This document shows positions 1-9,931 of a stretch of 32,000 nt of DNA, in pieces. How positions within the stretch are numbered: the first letter of the stretch is position 1; each line of letters begins with the position of its first letter. The DNA comes from a cyanobacterium endosymbiont of Epithemia turgida isolate EtSB Lake Yunoko (GTDB lineage Bacteria; Cyanobacteriota; Cyanobacteriia; Cyanobacteriales; Microcystaceae): contig NZ_AP012549.1 of the NCBI RefSeq assembly GCF_000829235.1, forward strand, positions 2,400,001 through 2,432,000, in the 5' to 3' direction. The translations under genes were made by a program, and so were the position numbers. The notes under the pieces were generated by a model, which worked only from the letters and a program-made list of their open reading frames with translations, was not told the origin of the DNA and made no database searches.

Positions 1-398
1 TGATTTATCTTTTCCACCATTAGTTGGAAAATTCAATTACTAAAATAAATTTTAATTATGTAAGTACATCCACTTACTATAAGTAGTTTCTGTCCATTAT
101 ATAAATTGATTGAAAACTTCATCACTCGTCACTCATTGTTTTTGTTTCAACAATATCTCTCATCTTCTCGATATCATTTTAATCTTAATAAGAAACAAAA
201 TGATAATGCCGTTCCTTTCAAAAATACTACTTCTCGCATAAAGCTGTAACTTCTTTTTCTCTCCATAAATTTCCGTAGAACTACGTTTAAGTAGGGTAAG
301 TTACGTATAAGATTTATTTTGAACAGAAATTAATAAGTTTTTATTCATACTGTAACCCGCCAAATTAGTCATGATATTTAATCATCTTGAATATCAAT

Positions 399-433
399 AA
401 AATCTAAAAATTGCCACCTTCATTGGTAGCAAT
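399..433 (-). terminator. Probable intrinsic terminator of glnA
   Basis: On the minus strand about 30 nt after the glnA stop. It has a 9-bp stem ATTGCTACC/GGTGGCAAT (one G-U pair) and a 6-nt loop, followed directly by TTTTAGATTTT. Confidence 0.55.
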
Positions 434-461
434 TATGAAGATTTAACTATTTGATAAAAGC

Positions 462-1883
462 TTAGACATCATAGTATAAGGCAAACTCATAAGGATGAGG
501 GCGTAACCGTAAAGGGTTAACTTCATTATCAAGTTTGTATTCAATCCAACTCTCGATAAAATCTTTAGTGAAAACTCCCGTATTGGTTAAAAATGTCTGG
601 TCCTTTTCGAGGGCTTCTAGGGCTGCCTCAAGAGAGCTGGGAGTTGAAGGAATTTTACTTAACTCTTCAAAGGTAAGATCGTAGATATCCACATCTAAAG
701 ATGGACCTGGATCAATTTCATTCTTAATCCCATCAATTCCTGCACATAGCATCGCTGCAAACGCCAAATAAGGGTTGCATGTGGCATCAGGACATCGGAA
801 TTCCAACCGTTTAGCTTTAGGATTGGGTCCAGACAAAGGAATACGAATAGAAGCAGAACGGTTCCCTTGAGAATAAGCTAAGTTAACAGGAGCTTCAAAA
901 CCAGGAACTAGACGCTTATAAGAGTTGGTGCTGGGATTAGTAAACGCTAACAAAGCAGAAGCGTGTTTAAGGATACCACCAATGTAATTTAAAGCCATTT
1001 TGCTCAAATCTGCGTAACCGTTCCCCCAGAATAGTGGTTGCCCATCTTTCCAGATAGATTGGTGAGTGTGCATGCCAGAACCATTGTCATTAAACAAGGG
1101 TTTGGGCATAAACGTCACGGTTTTACCATATTTCCTAGCAACATTTTTTACGACATATTTGTAGGTCATCAAATAGTCTGCCGCTTCAACGAGGGTAGCA
1201 AAGCGAAAACCTAATTCGTTTTGTCCTCCTGTAGCTACTTCGTGATGGTGTTTCTCAATTGGAACTCCACATTTAGCCATAGTTAGCAGCATTTCTGTCC
1301 GCATATCCTGTAGAGTATCTGTCGGGGGTACAGGAAAGTAACCCTGTTTGTAGCCAGGTTTATAGGCGAGGTTTCCACCCTCCTCTTTACGTCCCGTATT
1401 CCAGCGTCCTTCTACACTGTCTAGGTAGTAATATCCTTTATTCTCAGTTTGGTCAAAACGAACATCATCGAAGACAAAGAATTCAGCTTCAGGTCCAAAA
1501 AAAGCAGTATCGCCAATTCCCGTAGTTTTGAGAAATTCAACCGCTTTAGCAGCAATGGTACGAGGATCGCGGCCGTACCATTCTCCTGTACGAGGTTCCT
1601 TAATACTACAAATTATACTAAGGGTAGGTTCTTCACAAAAGGGGTCGATCCAAGCCGTTGTCGGCTCGGGAATCATGACCATATCAGACTCGTTGATGGC
1701 TTTCCACCCCCGAATACTCGAACCGTCGAAGGGAACCCCATCGACAAAAGAACTTTCGTCAATTTGATTGTAGTAGAATGAACAATGTTGCCAAATACCT
1801 GGGGTATCAATGAATTTCAGGTCAACAATTTTTATGTTGTTGTCTTGAACTATTTTCAAGACGTCTTGAGGGGTTTTAGCCAT
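462..1883 (-). CDS. glnA: Glutamine synthetase type I
   Basis: 473-aa ORF with GS-I hallmarks along its whole length ([38 protein letters not shown]). An AGGAG Shine-Dalgarno lies 7 nt upstream of the ATG (plus-strand CTCCT at 1891-1895). Confidence 0.97.
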   Translation of the reverse strand: MAKTPQDVLKIVQDNNIKIVDLKFIDTPGIWQHCSFYYNQIDESSFVDGVPFDGSSIRGWKAINESDMVMIPEPTTAWIDPFCEEPTLSIICSIKEPRTGEWYGRDPRTIAAKAVEFLKTTGIGDTAFFGPEAEFFVFDDVRFDQTENKGYYYLDSVEGRWNTGRKEEGGNLAYKPGYKQGYFPVPPTDTLQDMRTEMLLTMAKCGVPIEKHHHEVATGGQNELGFRFATLVEAADYLMTYKYVVKNVARKYGKTVTFMPKPLFNDNGSGMHTHQSIWKDGQPLFWGNGYADLSKMALNYIGGILKHASALLAFTNPSTNSYKRLVPGFEAPVNLAYSQGNRSASIRIPLSGPNPKAKRLEFRCPDATCNPYLAFAAMLCAGIDGIKNEIDPGPSLDVDIYDLTFEELSKIPSTPSSLEAALEALEKDQTFLTNTGVFTKDFIESWIEYKLDNEVNPLRLRPHPYEFALYYDV

Positions 1884-1919
1884 GGACAGACTCCTATTTT
1901 ATTCAGCCTCAAACCACCA

Positions 1920-1961
1920 ACCCTAAAGATAGGTCACAAGATATTTTGTATTCCATGATAC
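1920..1961 (-). promoter_or_regulatory. NtcA-type (class II) promoter of glnA: GTA-N8-TAC box plus -10 element
   Basis: GTATTCCATGATAC at 1948-1961 fits the GTA-N8-TAC NtcA consensus. Exactly 22 nt further on the minus strand lies TAGGGT (1925-1920), which fits the TAN3T -10 consensus. This places the start site about 30 nt upstream of the glnA ATG. Confidence 0.7.
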
Positions 1962-2691
1962 AGGCATCCTTGTTTAAATCTGTAGATAATGCAAAGTTTT
2001 GAAGCTACTCTGCAACCTAAGTAGTCGGACATAAATGGACAACACTATGCTAACGCGAATTTGACAAGGTTTGAAAATATTTTTATTTTTCTTCTATTTC
2101 GCAGAGTATATTAATAACCGCCATAACCCCATTAACCCAATTTTGTCCCATCGGTAAATTGTTGACTGTCGAGGGAGCCTCTTTTAAATAAATAACAATT
2201 TTTTTCGCCTTTCACCTCATTGCTAATGATCTAATTACATTAACTCTATATTATGTTGTTATAGAAATTTTTTAAACTTCAATTAACTCATATAAATTCT
2301 TCTTTTTACTTTTTTTTAAAAAACACCATTACACTCAAATACAACATTAGTTAATCATAATTTTTATATCTAACTTTCATTAACATAAACTTTGAATTTA
2401 TGGTAATTGATTTTAAATCAATAAGGTATTATAATAGGTTATTAATTTAAACCTCTATTTAGATAAAAAACCTAAATTTTTTTAACAAGATATTGCAATA
2501 TTTTAACATAATTATTGTTTTAAAAAAATAACTTAGGCGGTCAATTCAAATAAAGATTTGTCCTTATGAGATGATAGATAAGGAAAAAAACACTAAACTT
2601 TATAGTAGGCTATAAAACATTGTTGACGTAATTATTATCTAATTAAAAATTATGATCTTACCGTACGTTATATGATAGGGATCAGAACGCA

Positions 2692-2808
2692 ATGAATAGG
2701 CTTAAAGACTATTATTTGCCTGATATAGCTTCTATCAGTGCGGCTGCGGTTGTTAATGCCAATTTTCCTGAAGTTCTAAGACAGGTGAGACTTAGATTAT
2801 TTGAATAG
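2692..2808 (+). pseudogene. apcA: Phycobiliprotein relic (apcA-like, central helix region only)
   Basis: Frame reads ..NAMNRLKDYYLPDIASISAAAVVNANFPEVLRQVRLRLFE*. It aligns with the phycobiliprotein core [28 protein letters not shown]. The chromophore-Cys position is substituted and only about 40 codons remain, with stops on both sides. Confidence 0.5.
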
Positions 2809-2877
2809 GTGTCTTAATTAGTTTTTTCTGAAGTAAATACTTATACTAATCTTTCTTATTCAGCTTTTCTAGAGTAA

Positions 2878-3129
2878 ATAGACTATTCTCTACGCTATGC
2901 TAGTTATGCTTTAGCAGAGGGTGAGTACAATGTTCTTGATAAAGGGATATTGCGAGAGTGGCGCAAAACCTATAACTTCTTGAGAGTTCTCATTATCTCA
3001 AAAATCAAGGAAATCCAAATTATGAAAGACATGGTAAAAACCATAATGGCTGATACTGGGATTAAAGATGTCTCATTTAATAATTTTTTTGCTCACAGAG
3101 CTCTTGATATTAGTGAAATTTCTGTTTAA
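2878..3129 (+). pseudogene. apcB: Allophycocyanin beta-subunit relic (C-terminal half)
   Basis: The frame opens right after a TAA with no start codon. It reads DYSLRYASYALAEGEYNVLDKGILREWRKTYNFLRVLIISKIKEIQIMKDMVKTIMADTGIKDVSFNNFFAHRALDISEISV*. This is collinear with ApcB [76 protein letters not shown]. The N-terminal ~85 codons, including the bilin-binding Cys, are missing. Confidence 0.75.
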
Positions 3130-3183
3130 GTTCGTTGAAAATTAATAAGATTCTTAGAGACGATCACTATTCTTCAGTCAACA

Positions 3184-3309
3184 GTGATTACTTCTCTAAA
3201 TCAAAAAAGATTGTTAGGATGTAGACTTAGTGTAACTAAAATTATTCGAGAAGCACCCAGTTTGGACATAATGAGTATAATACCATCTATGGGAGTTAAA
3301 CTAAAACTA
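3184..3309 (+). pseudogene. apcC: Possible apcC (small core linker) relic read through into clpS
   Basis: The upstream extension of the clpS ORF (NQKRLLGCRLSVTKIIREAPSLDIMSIIPSMGVKLKL) loosely parallels ApcC TQRELQNTYFTKLVPYENWFREQQRIMKMGGKIVKVEL, with internal deletions. Its position after the apcA/apcB relics matches apcABC operon order. Confidence 0.35.
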
Positions 3310-3603
3310 ATGATGGCTGTAGCCTCGGTTACCCCCAAGGGGTCAACCTCAGTTATACGGAATGTTTACCCTAACTATAAAGTTATAGTACTTAATGATA
3401 ATTTCAATACCTTTGAGCATGTTGCTAACTGCTTAATGAAGTATATACCGAACATGACTGGTGATCGTGCTTGGGAACTAACACACCAAGTTCATTCTGA
3501 AGGACAGGCAATTGTCTGGGTCGGTCCTCAAGAGCCTGCCGAACTCTATCACCAGCAGTTACGGCGAGAAGGATTAACTATAGCTCCTTTAGAGGAAGCT
3601 TAA
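3310..3603 (+). CDS. clpS: ATP-dependent Clp protease adaptor ClpS (cyanobacterial ClpS2 type)
   Basis: YPNYKVIVLNDNFNTFEHVANCLMKYIPNMTGDRAWELTHQVHSEGQAIVWVGPQEPAELYHQQLRREGLTIAPLE is a full ClpS core. I prefer the ATG at 3310 (97 aa) to the GTG at 3184 given in the ORF track, because the extension looks like a decayed upstream gene. Confidence 0.9.
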   Translation: MMAVASVTPKGSTSVIRNVYPNYKVIVLNDNFNTFEHVANCLMKYIPNMTGDRAWELTHQVHSEGQAIVWVGPQEPAELYHQQLRREGLTIAPLEEA

Positions 3604-3604
3604 G

Positions 3605-3937
3605 ATGATGAACAAATCTAAAGGACGGCTTGTTTGGAATCATTCAACTCACCTTCAAGGACTGATTCCTATCCTTGAAAAGTTGATTAATTGCACTGGA
3701 ATTACTACGGTTACTCCCGGGGTAATCAGTTGTTCTAAGAGTCACTATCCTTATTTAAAGTTACGGATATCTGTTCCCGTTCGTGGCGGTTATAAGGTGA
3801 TCGCAAGACAAGGAAAAACAGTTCAAGAAGTATTTATCGTTACAAAGTTAAGTCGTCAAGAATTAGAAACTGCTATTAACACAATTATTGAATTAAAGTT
3901 TAATAGAAAAAATAACACTCTTCACATAAGTCGATAA
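3605..3937 (+). CDS. Conserved hypothetical protein, translationally coupled to clpS
   Basis: 110-aa ORF starting 1 nt after the clpS stop. Its composition is gene-like rather than spacer-like. It resembles small conserved cyanobacterial proteins (RLVWNHSTHLQGLIPILEKL..GITTVTPGVI..YLKLRISVPVRGGYKVIARQGKTVQEVFIVT), but I cannot name the family with certainty. Confidence 0.6.
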   Translation: MMNKSKGRLVWNHSTHLQGLIPILEKLINCTGITTVTPGVISCSKSHYPYLKLRISVPVRGGYKVIARQGKTVQEVFIVTKLSRQELETAINTIIELKFNRKNNTLHISR

Positions 3938-5318
3938 CGTTCAGTAGTGTTTCATAATATAGATAGTTATAAATTATTCTAAACTAGTAACTCTGACGAC
4001 TTCGGCATTAAAAATTGAGTTTTAACCCACTATGGGATAATTGACATTGAACCTGATTTTTGAATCATAAATATCAGTAAGAATTACTGAGACAACTTAA
4101 CTTTTCATTTGACAAATTAGTAATTGTCTATTTACTGCAATTACTAATTTTTTTTGGCAAGGACTATAAGCTCGACTTTAGGAAATATAACAGTCGTGTT
4201 TTCTGCTTAATTTATGTTTACAACTATATTTTCGGGCCCGGTGATAATATTACTCTGATCCAGATAGAATTATAGAAGCTCACAGTTAACTAAAGAATTA
4301 AAGCTAAAATAATTTTAGCTTTATTTAAAATTTTTGCAAAGACGAGGTTATTCATAGTAAGAAAAGATTATTCATTATCAATAAAAATCACCTTCTTTAA
4401 GAAGAGGACTGATCATGATTACCTTTTGCGTGAGATTTTAGTTTATTACATTAGTTAAATAGGATTTATATTCCAATAAATTTATGACAATCTTATGCAT
4501 TTTTATTTTAGACTATTTCCCTTCTATATATGTTTAGTCCATAACTAAAAAACACTAGGATTTTATCCTAAGTGTGATTTGATAACTTATATTACTGCTA
4601 TTATCAATTGATATGGATCTTAAACGTTTTACCGACTAACCAATAATTAATCTAAATTTTATATTTAAATTTTTAAAAAAAGAGAATAATTAGAGAATAA
4701 ACCTGTTAATTTAACCTTAATTAATTTATTGGTATAATTTATTTTTTATGTATTTAAATTGGATTAATAAGTAGCACAATATTTATTACAAATAATATCA
4801 ATATATAAATAAAAATCTTAAATATTAAATGAAATTATTATACTTATATACAACTATGATAGTGATTACTTTTATTGGTATTAATCTACAAAAATAAATA
4901 TGATTTTTAATAAAAATTTTATTAAACCTAAGAAATTGACATGTGTTATTTAACACAATTTTTTATATATCAAACATAATATATAAATATATAGTATATA
5001 CATAAATATAATTTTTATATAACTTCATGATAGTTACTAATTAAACTAAATATAAGCAATATACCCATATCTAAAATTAGATTATAGAGAAAAATCAGTA
5101 ACTAACTTTTAGTTTAGAGATTAAGCCATTCCTGGTCATAAAAATAAAAATTTAGTTAATTCTCAATTTATTGCACAAAGAAGTTCAATTGAAACAACAT
5201 CAACAAAGTATAGAATTTCTAAAATAAGTAGATAAACAATAGAATTAATTGAATGTATTTATAAGCTTATTAAGCTGTACAGGTGTAATTAATATATGAT
5301 ACAGTGCATTAAATAAAT

Positions 5319-5550
5319 TTACGAAGCGATTAACTTGAATGAGTTATGATTACATTTTCGTATAACAGATAAGTTAAGGAAAAATTTTTTGCATATTAGG
5401 GTAACATATAAATATTTCCATTCCCGATAAGCTTGTTGAATAATTGAAGGTCACGCTTCAGTCTCTGCAATGGCAGTTGTTTGAATTTGTTTGATCTCTG
5501 GTAAAAAGGAAGGTGCATAGTTACGCCGGGGGCGTACTTGCTAAGCTTTA
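5319..5550 (-). pseudogene. rbcS: RuBisCO small-subunit relic
   Basis: The minus-strand frame reads VRPRRNYAPSFLPEIKQIQTTAIAETEA*PSIIQQAYREWKYLYVTLICKKFFLNLSVIRKCNHNSFKLIAS*. Compare cyanobacterial RbcS [60 protein letters not shown]...CRSQYPGHYIRVVGF. The RR..S.LP, KQIQ, A.E..E and WK positions match. There is an in-frame stop, an apparent 6-codon deletion and no start codon. Confidence 0.5.
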
Positions 5551-5689
5551 CAGGTTCAATTGTTCCTAATGCTTTTCATCAGAATGAATTAGAAGATAAA
5601 GAAAAATAGTGAAAAGATAGTTAATGAGTTAAGTAAACAGTATTTACTTTAATTGTTTATAAGATATCATAATAAAATTTTAAGAAGTG

Positions 5690-5945
5690 GCGATTAAAAG
5701 TCAATATATACGAATGAGCCGTTTAATCCGTAGCGAAGTTACACGATGTGTAAAGTGTTTATATAAAAACAGTACTCATTCAAAATATATAAATAGAAAA
5801 TAATTTAAACAAGATAGTTATTGTTGACATCTAGGAGGGAAATTGTAAAATTTATATAACTTGAAAGTGTCTTATAATCTTAGCAGTAAATACCCAAATA
5901 TTCAACTTCTTAGTCTTGGCATTAACTACAATGTTGTCGTCTTAT
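5690..5945 (-). pseudogene. rbcX: Possible RuBisCO chaperone rbcX relic
   Basis: Minus-strand fragments are VNAKTKKLNIWVFTAKIIRHFQVI* (cf. RbcX AKETAITLQSYLTYQAVRLISQQL) and VTSLRIKRLIRIY (cf. LVLRILTVRENLAE). The two fragments lie ~181 nt apart, matching the ~60-residue spacing of these motifs in RbcX. The relic sits directly upstream of the rbcS relic, as in rbcL-rbcX-rbcS operons. Confidence 0.4.
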
Positions 5946-6040
5946 TTTAAACTTCTTTTCTAGATAAGTAAGAACTATTCATTCATTTGACAGAAGATAG
6001 GGTAGTAACAATTTAAGAATTGTAAGTCTATATAAATCGA

Positions 6041-8758
6041 TTAATCACTCATCATTTGTTTAACTAAGTTTTCTGCTTCTTCCTTAGTTTTAATTTTTTT
6101 ATCTAAAGAAGCAGTCAATAACCTATCTAAAATAATTTTGTATGTAGGACCTGGTTTGTAACCCATTGCTTTTAAATCATTGCCATTTAATAGAGGCTGA
6201 ATATTAGACCACTTTGTAATATATTGCCAAATTGTACGACGAATTTCTTTAGAAGAACGAACCGCTACTAAGATTAAGGTAGGCAATCTATATAAATTAA
6301 GTAATCTAGTTTTTTCACTTATTATGTTATTTTTTAAAAGCTTTTTTTTAATTTCTAACTCGACTTCTGACAATACTTTTAAGCGTATAATGCTATCTTT
6401 TGGTAATTGAAAATCAAGAGCAATTTTAATAGATTCTACTGTATCTAGTTGACTAATTAATACTTCTAAACGAAGTAACCAATGTTCTAAATTATTTTCA
6501 GGATCAAGATATTTTAACCAACGGGAAATATAGCAAGTTTGCCACCATAATATATCATCTAAAGCTAACTTAGAATGTAAACATAGTAAAGCGTCTAAAT
6601 CAGCTAATAATTTTAAAGCTTGTTTCCAATAATGAGCTTCTAAAATAGATTTTAATTCTATTTTTAATCTAGTTTTTAAGGCAGGAACTGCATAATTTTT
6701 ACTTTTTAACTGTTTATAAATGCCGCTTTTAATAGCATTGTTAATATAAGCTTTTGTTTGGGGTTCAATTTTAAATCCCAACCGCGCAGCAAAGCGTACT
6801 GCCCTATAAATTCTGGTAGGATCTTCAATAAAACTATTAGCATGAAGTACTCGAATTTGACGCAATTGTAGGTCTAACATTCCTCCAAAAAAGTCTAATA
6901 ATTCCCCTTCCCTTGGGGATGTCAACCTAACCGCTAGAGCATTAATTGTAAAATCTCTACGATATAAATCCTGATGAATAGAACTAGCTTCAACTTTGGG
7001 GTTAGCTGCAGGATAAGGATAAAATTCTGTTCTTGAAGTGGCAATATCTACCCATAAAGACCCTAATTGGGGATCTCTGTCCCATACTAAAGCAGCTGTT
7101 TGGAATTCTCCATGTACTGATAGTCTAGCATTTGGGAAAGTTTTTCGTAGGGTCGAAGCCAATTCAACCCCAGCTCCCACACCAGCGGAATGATGAAATC
7201 CATCGACGACTAGATCAATATCCTGCAGTAATAACAATTTCTCTTCTTCTGATAAAAAGAAATCTCGGACTGCCCCACCAACTATATACAAATGCCAGCC
7301 CCGTTTTTTTGCTTCTTTTGCAGCGAGTTGTAATAATTTCCATACAGGAGAAGATAAACGCTGACTAATAGAAGGTAAAAAACAAGAAACTAAGGGAATT
7401 GGGTTACTATTTTTATTTTTTTTTTCTCTTCGAGCTTGATAAATTTGCCGTAATAAATCTGTTCTGGTAACAATTCCTAATAATTTATTGTTTTCAACAA
7501 CAGGTAATCTTTCCACGTCATTAGTTACCATTATTGATTCAATTTCAGGTAGTATAGTATCAGGAGTAATAGTTTTAAAATACTGTGCCATATGTCCTTT
7601 GATTGGGGCGTGACTAAGTCCATAATGGAAGGCTAAATCAATATCTCTACGAGAAATAATGCCCACTAAGTACTCATTTTCATCTACTACTGATAATCCC
7701 GAATGGCCATAGCGAAATAAGATTTTTTGCGCTTGTTCTATAGTTGTTTCTGGGCGAATTGTTTTAACAGGAGAAGACATTAAATCTCTAGCGGTTAGAG
7801 GGTAAGGAATTTGGGCAATAAATTCTTGCAATAACTTATCTAAAGTACTTTGAGGTTCTACCTCCTGTAGCATTAAAGAACCAGCTTGTTTATGTCCTGC
7901 TCCCTCATAAGATTGAAATAATTGCTGAAGATTGGTTCCCTCAATTCTGGTGCGACCAATAATAGTTAGTAACCCCTTTTTATCAGGTTTATTGTTACGA
8001 CATTTATCATCAAAATAACCTAATAATAAGGCATCACTTTCAGTTAATTTAATTAATAGTTCAGCTAAACTAGATAACCCAGGAATATAAGTTTCTGTTT
8101 TCAATAAAACTGAAGTAATAGTGTAACCTCTAATTTCAATTTTTTGAAAATTTTCTAACGCTTTTTGCAATAATTGTTGTAGTTTTAGAGAAAACCTAGG
8201 ATCGCAATATTCATCAATAGTTTTTACATTTGCTCCTCTTTCCATTAACCAAGCTAGGGCATAGGCATCACGGGAAGTAGACTGAGAGAAAGTAAGAGAA
8301 CCCGTATCAACATGAATACCTAAGGCCATCACCGTTGCTTCGATAGGGTTAGGATGAACGCTTTCTCGTTGCATTCTTTCCACTATCAGGGTTGTAGTCG
8401 CCCCGACAGGTTCTATTTTAGTGAATGTAGAGGGAATGTCTGAATATGAATTAGTGTTGAGATGATGATCATAGATTTCAATAGTTTTGATGTGAGGTAA
8501 ATCAAACCAAGAGGACACTGTTCCTAGGCGATCACATTTTTGACTATTCACTACTATTAGAGTACGAATTTGTTTAGGATTAATGATATGCAGTTCAATT
8601 AGTGCGAATTCGTCTCGGTAAAGGGCTAAAAAATCTCTAACTGCTGGATGTGCGCCCCCGGTAAGGACAATTCGACTATCTATTTTGAGACAAGAAAGTC
8701 CTACGGCTGCCCCTAGTGCGTCAAAATCTACGTTTTGATGACATAAAATTAAATCCAT
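6041..8758 (-). CDS. DHH phosphoesterase - tandem CBS - poly(A) polymerase/tRNA nucleotidyltransferase family fusion protein
   Basis: Intact 905-aa ORF. The N-terminus is DHH-type (LCHQNVDFDALGAAVG, DHH at IEIYDHHLN). Two CBS modules sit in the middle (ARDLMSSPVKTI..., HMAQYFKTITPD...). The C-terminal half has a nucleotidyltransferase head (YIVGGAVRDFFL..DIDLVVDG, RRDFTINALA, EDPTRIYRAVRFAARLGF). This architecture is typical of the ~900-aa cyanobacterial CCA/A-adding enzyme family. Confidence 0.9.
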   Translation of the reverse strand: MDLILCHQNVDFDALGAAVGLSCLKIDSRIVLTGGAHPAVRDFLALYRDEFALIELHIINPKQIRTLIVVNSQKCDRLGTVSSWFDLPHIKTIEIYDHHLNTNSYSDIPSTFTKIEPVGATTTLIVERMQRESVHPNPIEATVMALGIHVDTGSLTFSQSTSRDAYALAWLMERGANVKTIDEYCDPRFSLKLQQLLQKALENFQKIEIRGYTITSVLLKTETYIPGLSSLAELLIKLTESDALLLGYFDDKCRNNKPDKKGLLTIIGRTRIEGTNLQQLFQSYEGAGHKQAGSLMLQEVEPQSTLDKLLQEFIAQIPYPLTARDLMSSPVKTIRPETTIEQAQKILFRYGHSGLSVVDENEYLVGIISRRDIDLAFHYGLSHAPIKGHMAQYFKTITPDTILPEIESIMVTNDVERLPVVENNKLLGIVTRTDLLRQIYQARREKKNKNSNPIPLVSCFLPSISQRLSSPVWKLLQLAAKEAKKRGWHLYIVGGAVRDFFLSEEEKLLLLQDIDLVVDGFHHSAGVGAGVELASTLRKTFPNARLSVHGEFQTAALVWDRDPQLGSLWVDIATSRTEFYPYPAANPKVEASSIHQDLYRRDFTINALAVRLTSPREGELLDFFGGMLDLQLRQIRVLHANSFIEDPTRIYRAVRFAARLGFKIEPQTKAYINNAIKSGIYKQLKSKNYAVPALKTRLKIELKSILEAHYWKQALKLLADLDALLCLHSKLALDDILWWQTCYISRWLKYLDPENNLEHWLLRLEVLISQLDTVESIKIALDFQLPKDSIIRLKVLSEVELEIKKKLLKNNIISEKTRLLNLYRLPTLILVAVRSSKEIRRTIWQYITKWSNIQPLLNGNDLKAMGYKPGPTYKIILDRLLTASLDKKIKTKEEAENLVKQMMSD

Positions 8759-9931
8759 AGTTGGCTTTAATGTATTTATCTTAGTGAAGATAAATTATAA
8801 GATAATTTATCTTTAACCTCAATTTTTAAAATCTAATCTATAAAGTATAACCCGTCAGGTAAATATTTTTTGATAAAATTTTCTAGCATTAAATAATTGA
8901 AGTTAGCGATCATTTTAATTGTCGATTTCCAAATATAAAATAATTAGCTTGACTCTAATTAAAATGTTAAATATATAAAAATATAACTCTTCTATACTAA
9001 AGATGATGTATCTATGATTAGTAATTAATGACTTCTAATATTTTTATTATAACTGCGTTATTCAATTCCATAAATTTGGCTATTACAGAAATATTTGCAA
9101 CGAGCATACAATTTAACTCACTCCATATATAAGTCATATTTTTTCTGAACAATCCTTCTCATTTAGTCTTTTTTATAGGGTTTTTTATAAAAATTAATTA
9201 CCTTTCAAAGAAACTCTATCTTTGATCGGTACATTACATAAAAATCTTAATATTTAAAATATCTATTTATGAGATAAGTAAAGCTCTCTACATATTTATC
9301 TAAAAATTCTATTTATAAAAGGTAAAAATAGAACTGTATTTCGTATGTATTAATTCAAATTTTCTGACTTAATTTATTGTTCCTAAAAAATTACAATATT
9401 GACTCCTTATTTTCTAGTTATTTAGTCAATAAAGTATTTATAGTTTCATTGCAATAATTAAATATTTATATATTATTATGACTAATTAGATAAAAATCTG
9501 TTTATATATTAAATATAGTTTTAATCTATAAAGTTGGGGCATTAAAACGTTATAATCATTATTAATCTACTATCTACATCTGTAGAAGATCTTAAGATTA
9601 CAGTCCCAACAAAAACCATAGTTAATTAATGACCCTGAATTGACAAGATTACCGACTATATAAATATTTTTTAATATATAAGCTATAGGTCATTGATACA
9701 AATACACAATTGATAATACAGGTGCAATACGTAATAAATTCATTTTGCGATTCCATTTGGTTACACTAAAGTATTAGCGCCCAAACTATTCTGCAGAATT
9801 TAACTTGTCGATAAAAAACTTCCTGGAAAAATCTTAGAACAGCTCGTGTAAAAATCCTTAAAGTATAAGGCAGGACTTGACCAATTAACGATATAGTGAA
9901 CATCAGAACAATTTTTCGTTAGGCTACCTCG

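Noticed and set aside
1449-1781. ORF-track entries 1449..1781(+) and 1528..1767(+)
   Set aside because: They lie entirely antisense within glnA, show no recognisable similarity, and are typical shadow ORFs of a strongly conserved gene.
4640-5100. Possible CRISPR or other array in the low-complexity AT-rich tracts (also 19600-21100)
   Set aside because: I could not find any regularly spaced direct repeat of 20-40 bp. The apparent repetition is simple A/T low complexity.
5950-6040. Remnant of the rbcL C-terminus (LEKKFKI versus VWKEIKFEF)
   Set aside because: Only a K..K spacing matches, and the position is too close to the rbcX relic to be collinear. I report only that there is no room for rbcL.
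7132-7368. 78-aa plus-strand ORF inside the 905-aa gene
   Set aside because: Antisense shadow ORF within an intact conserved CDS.
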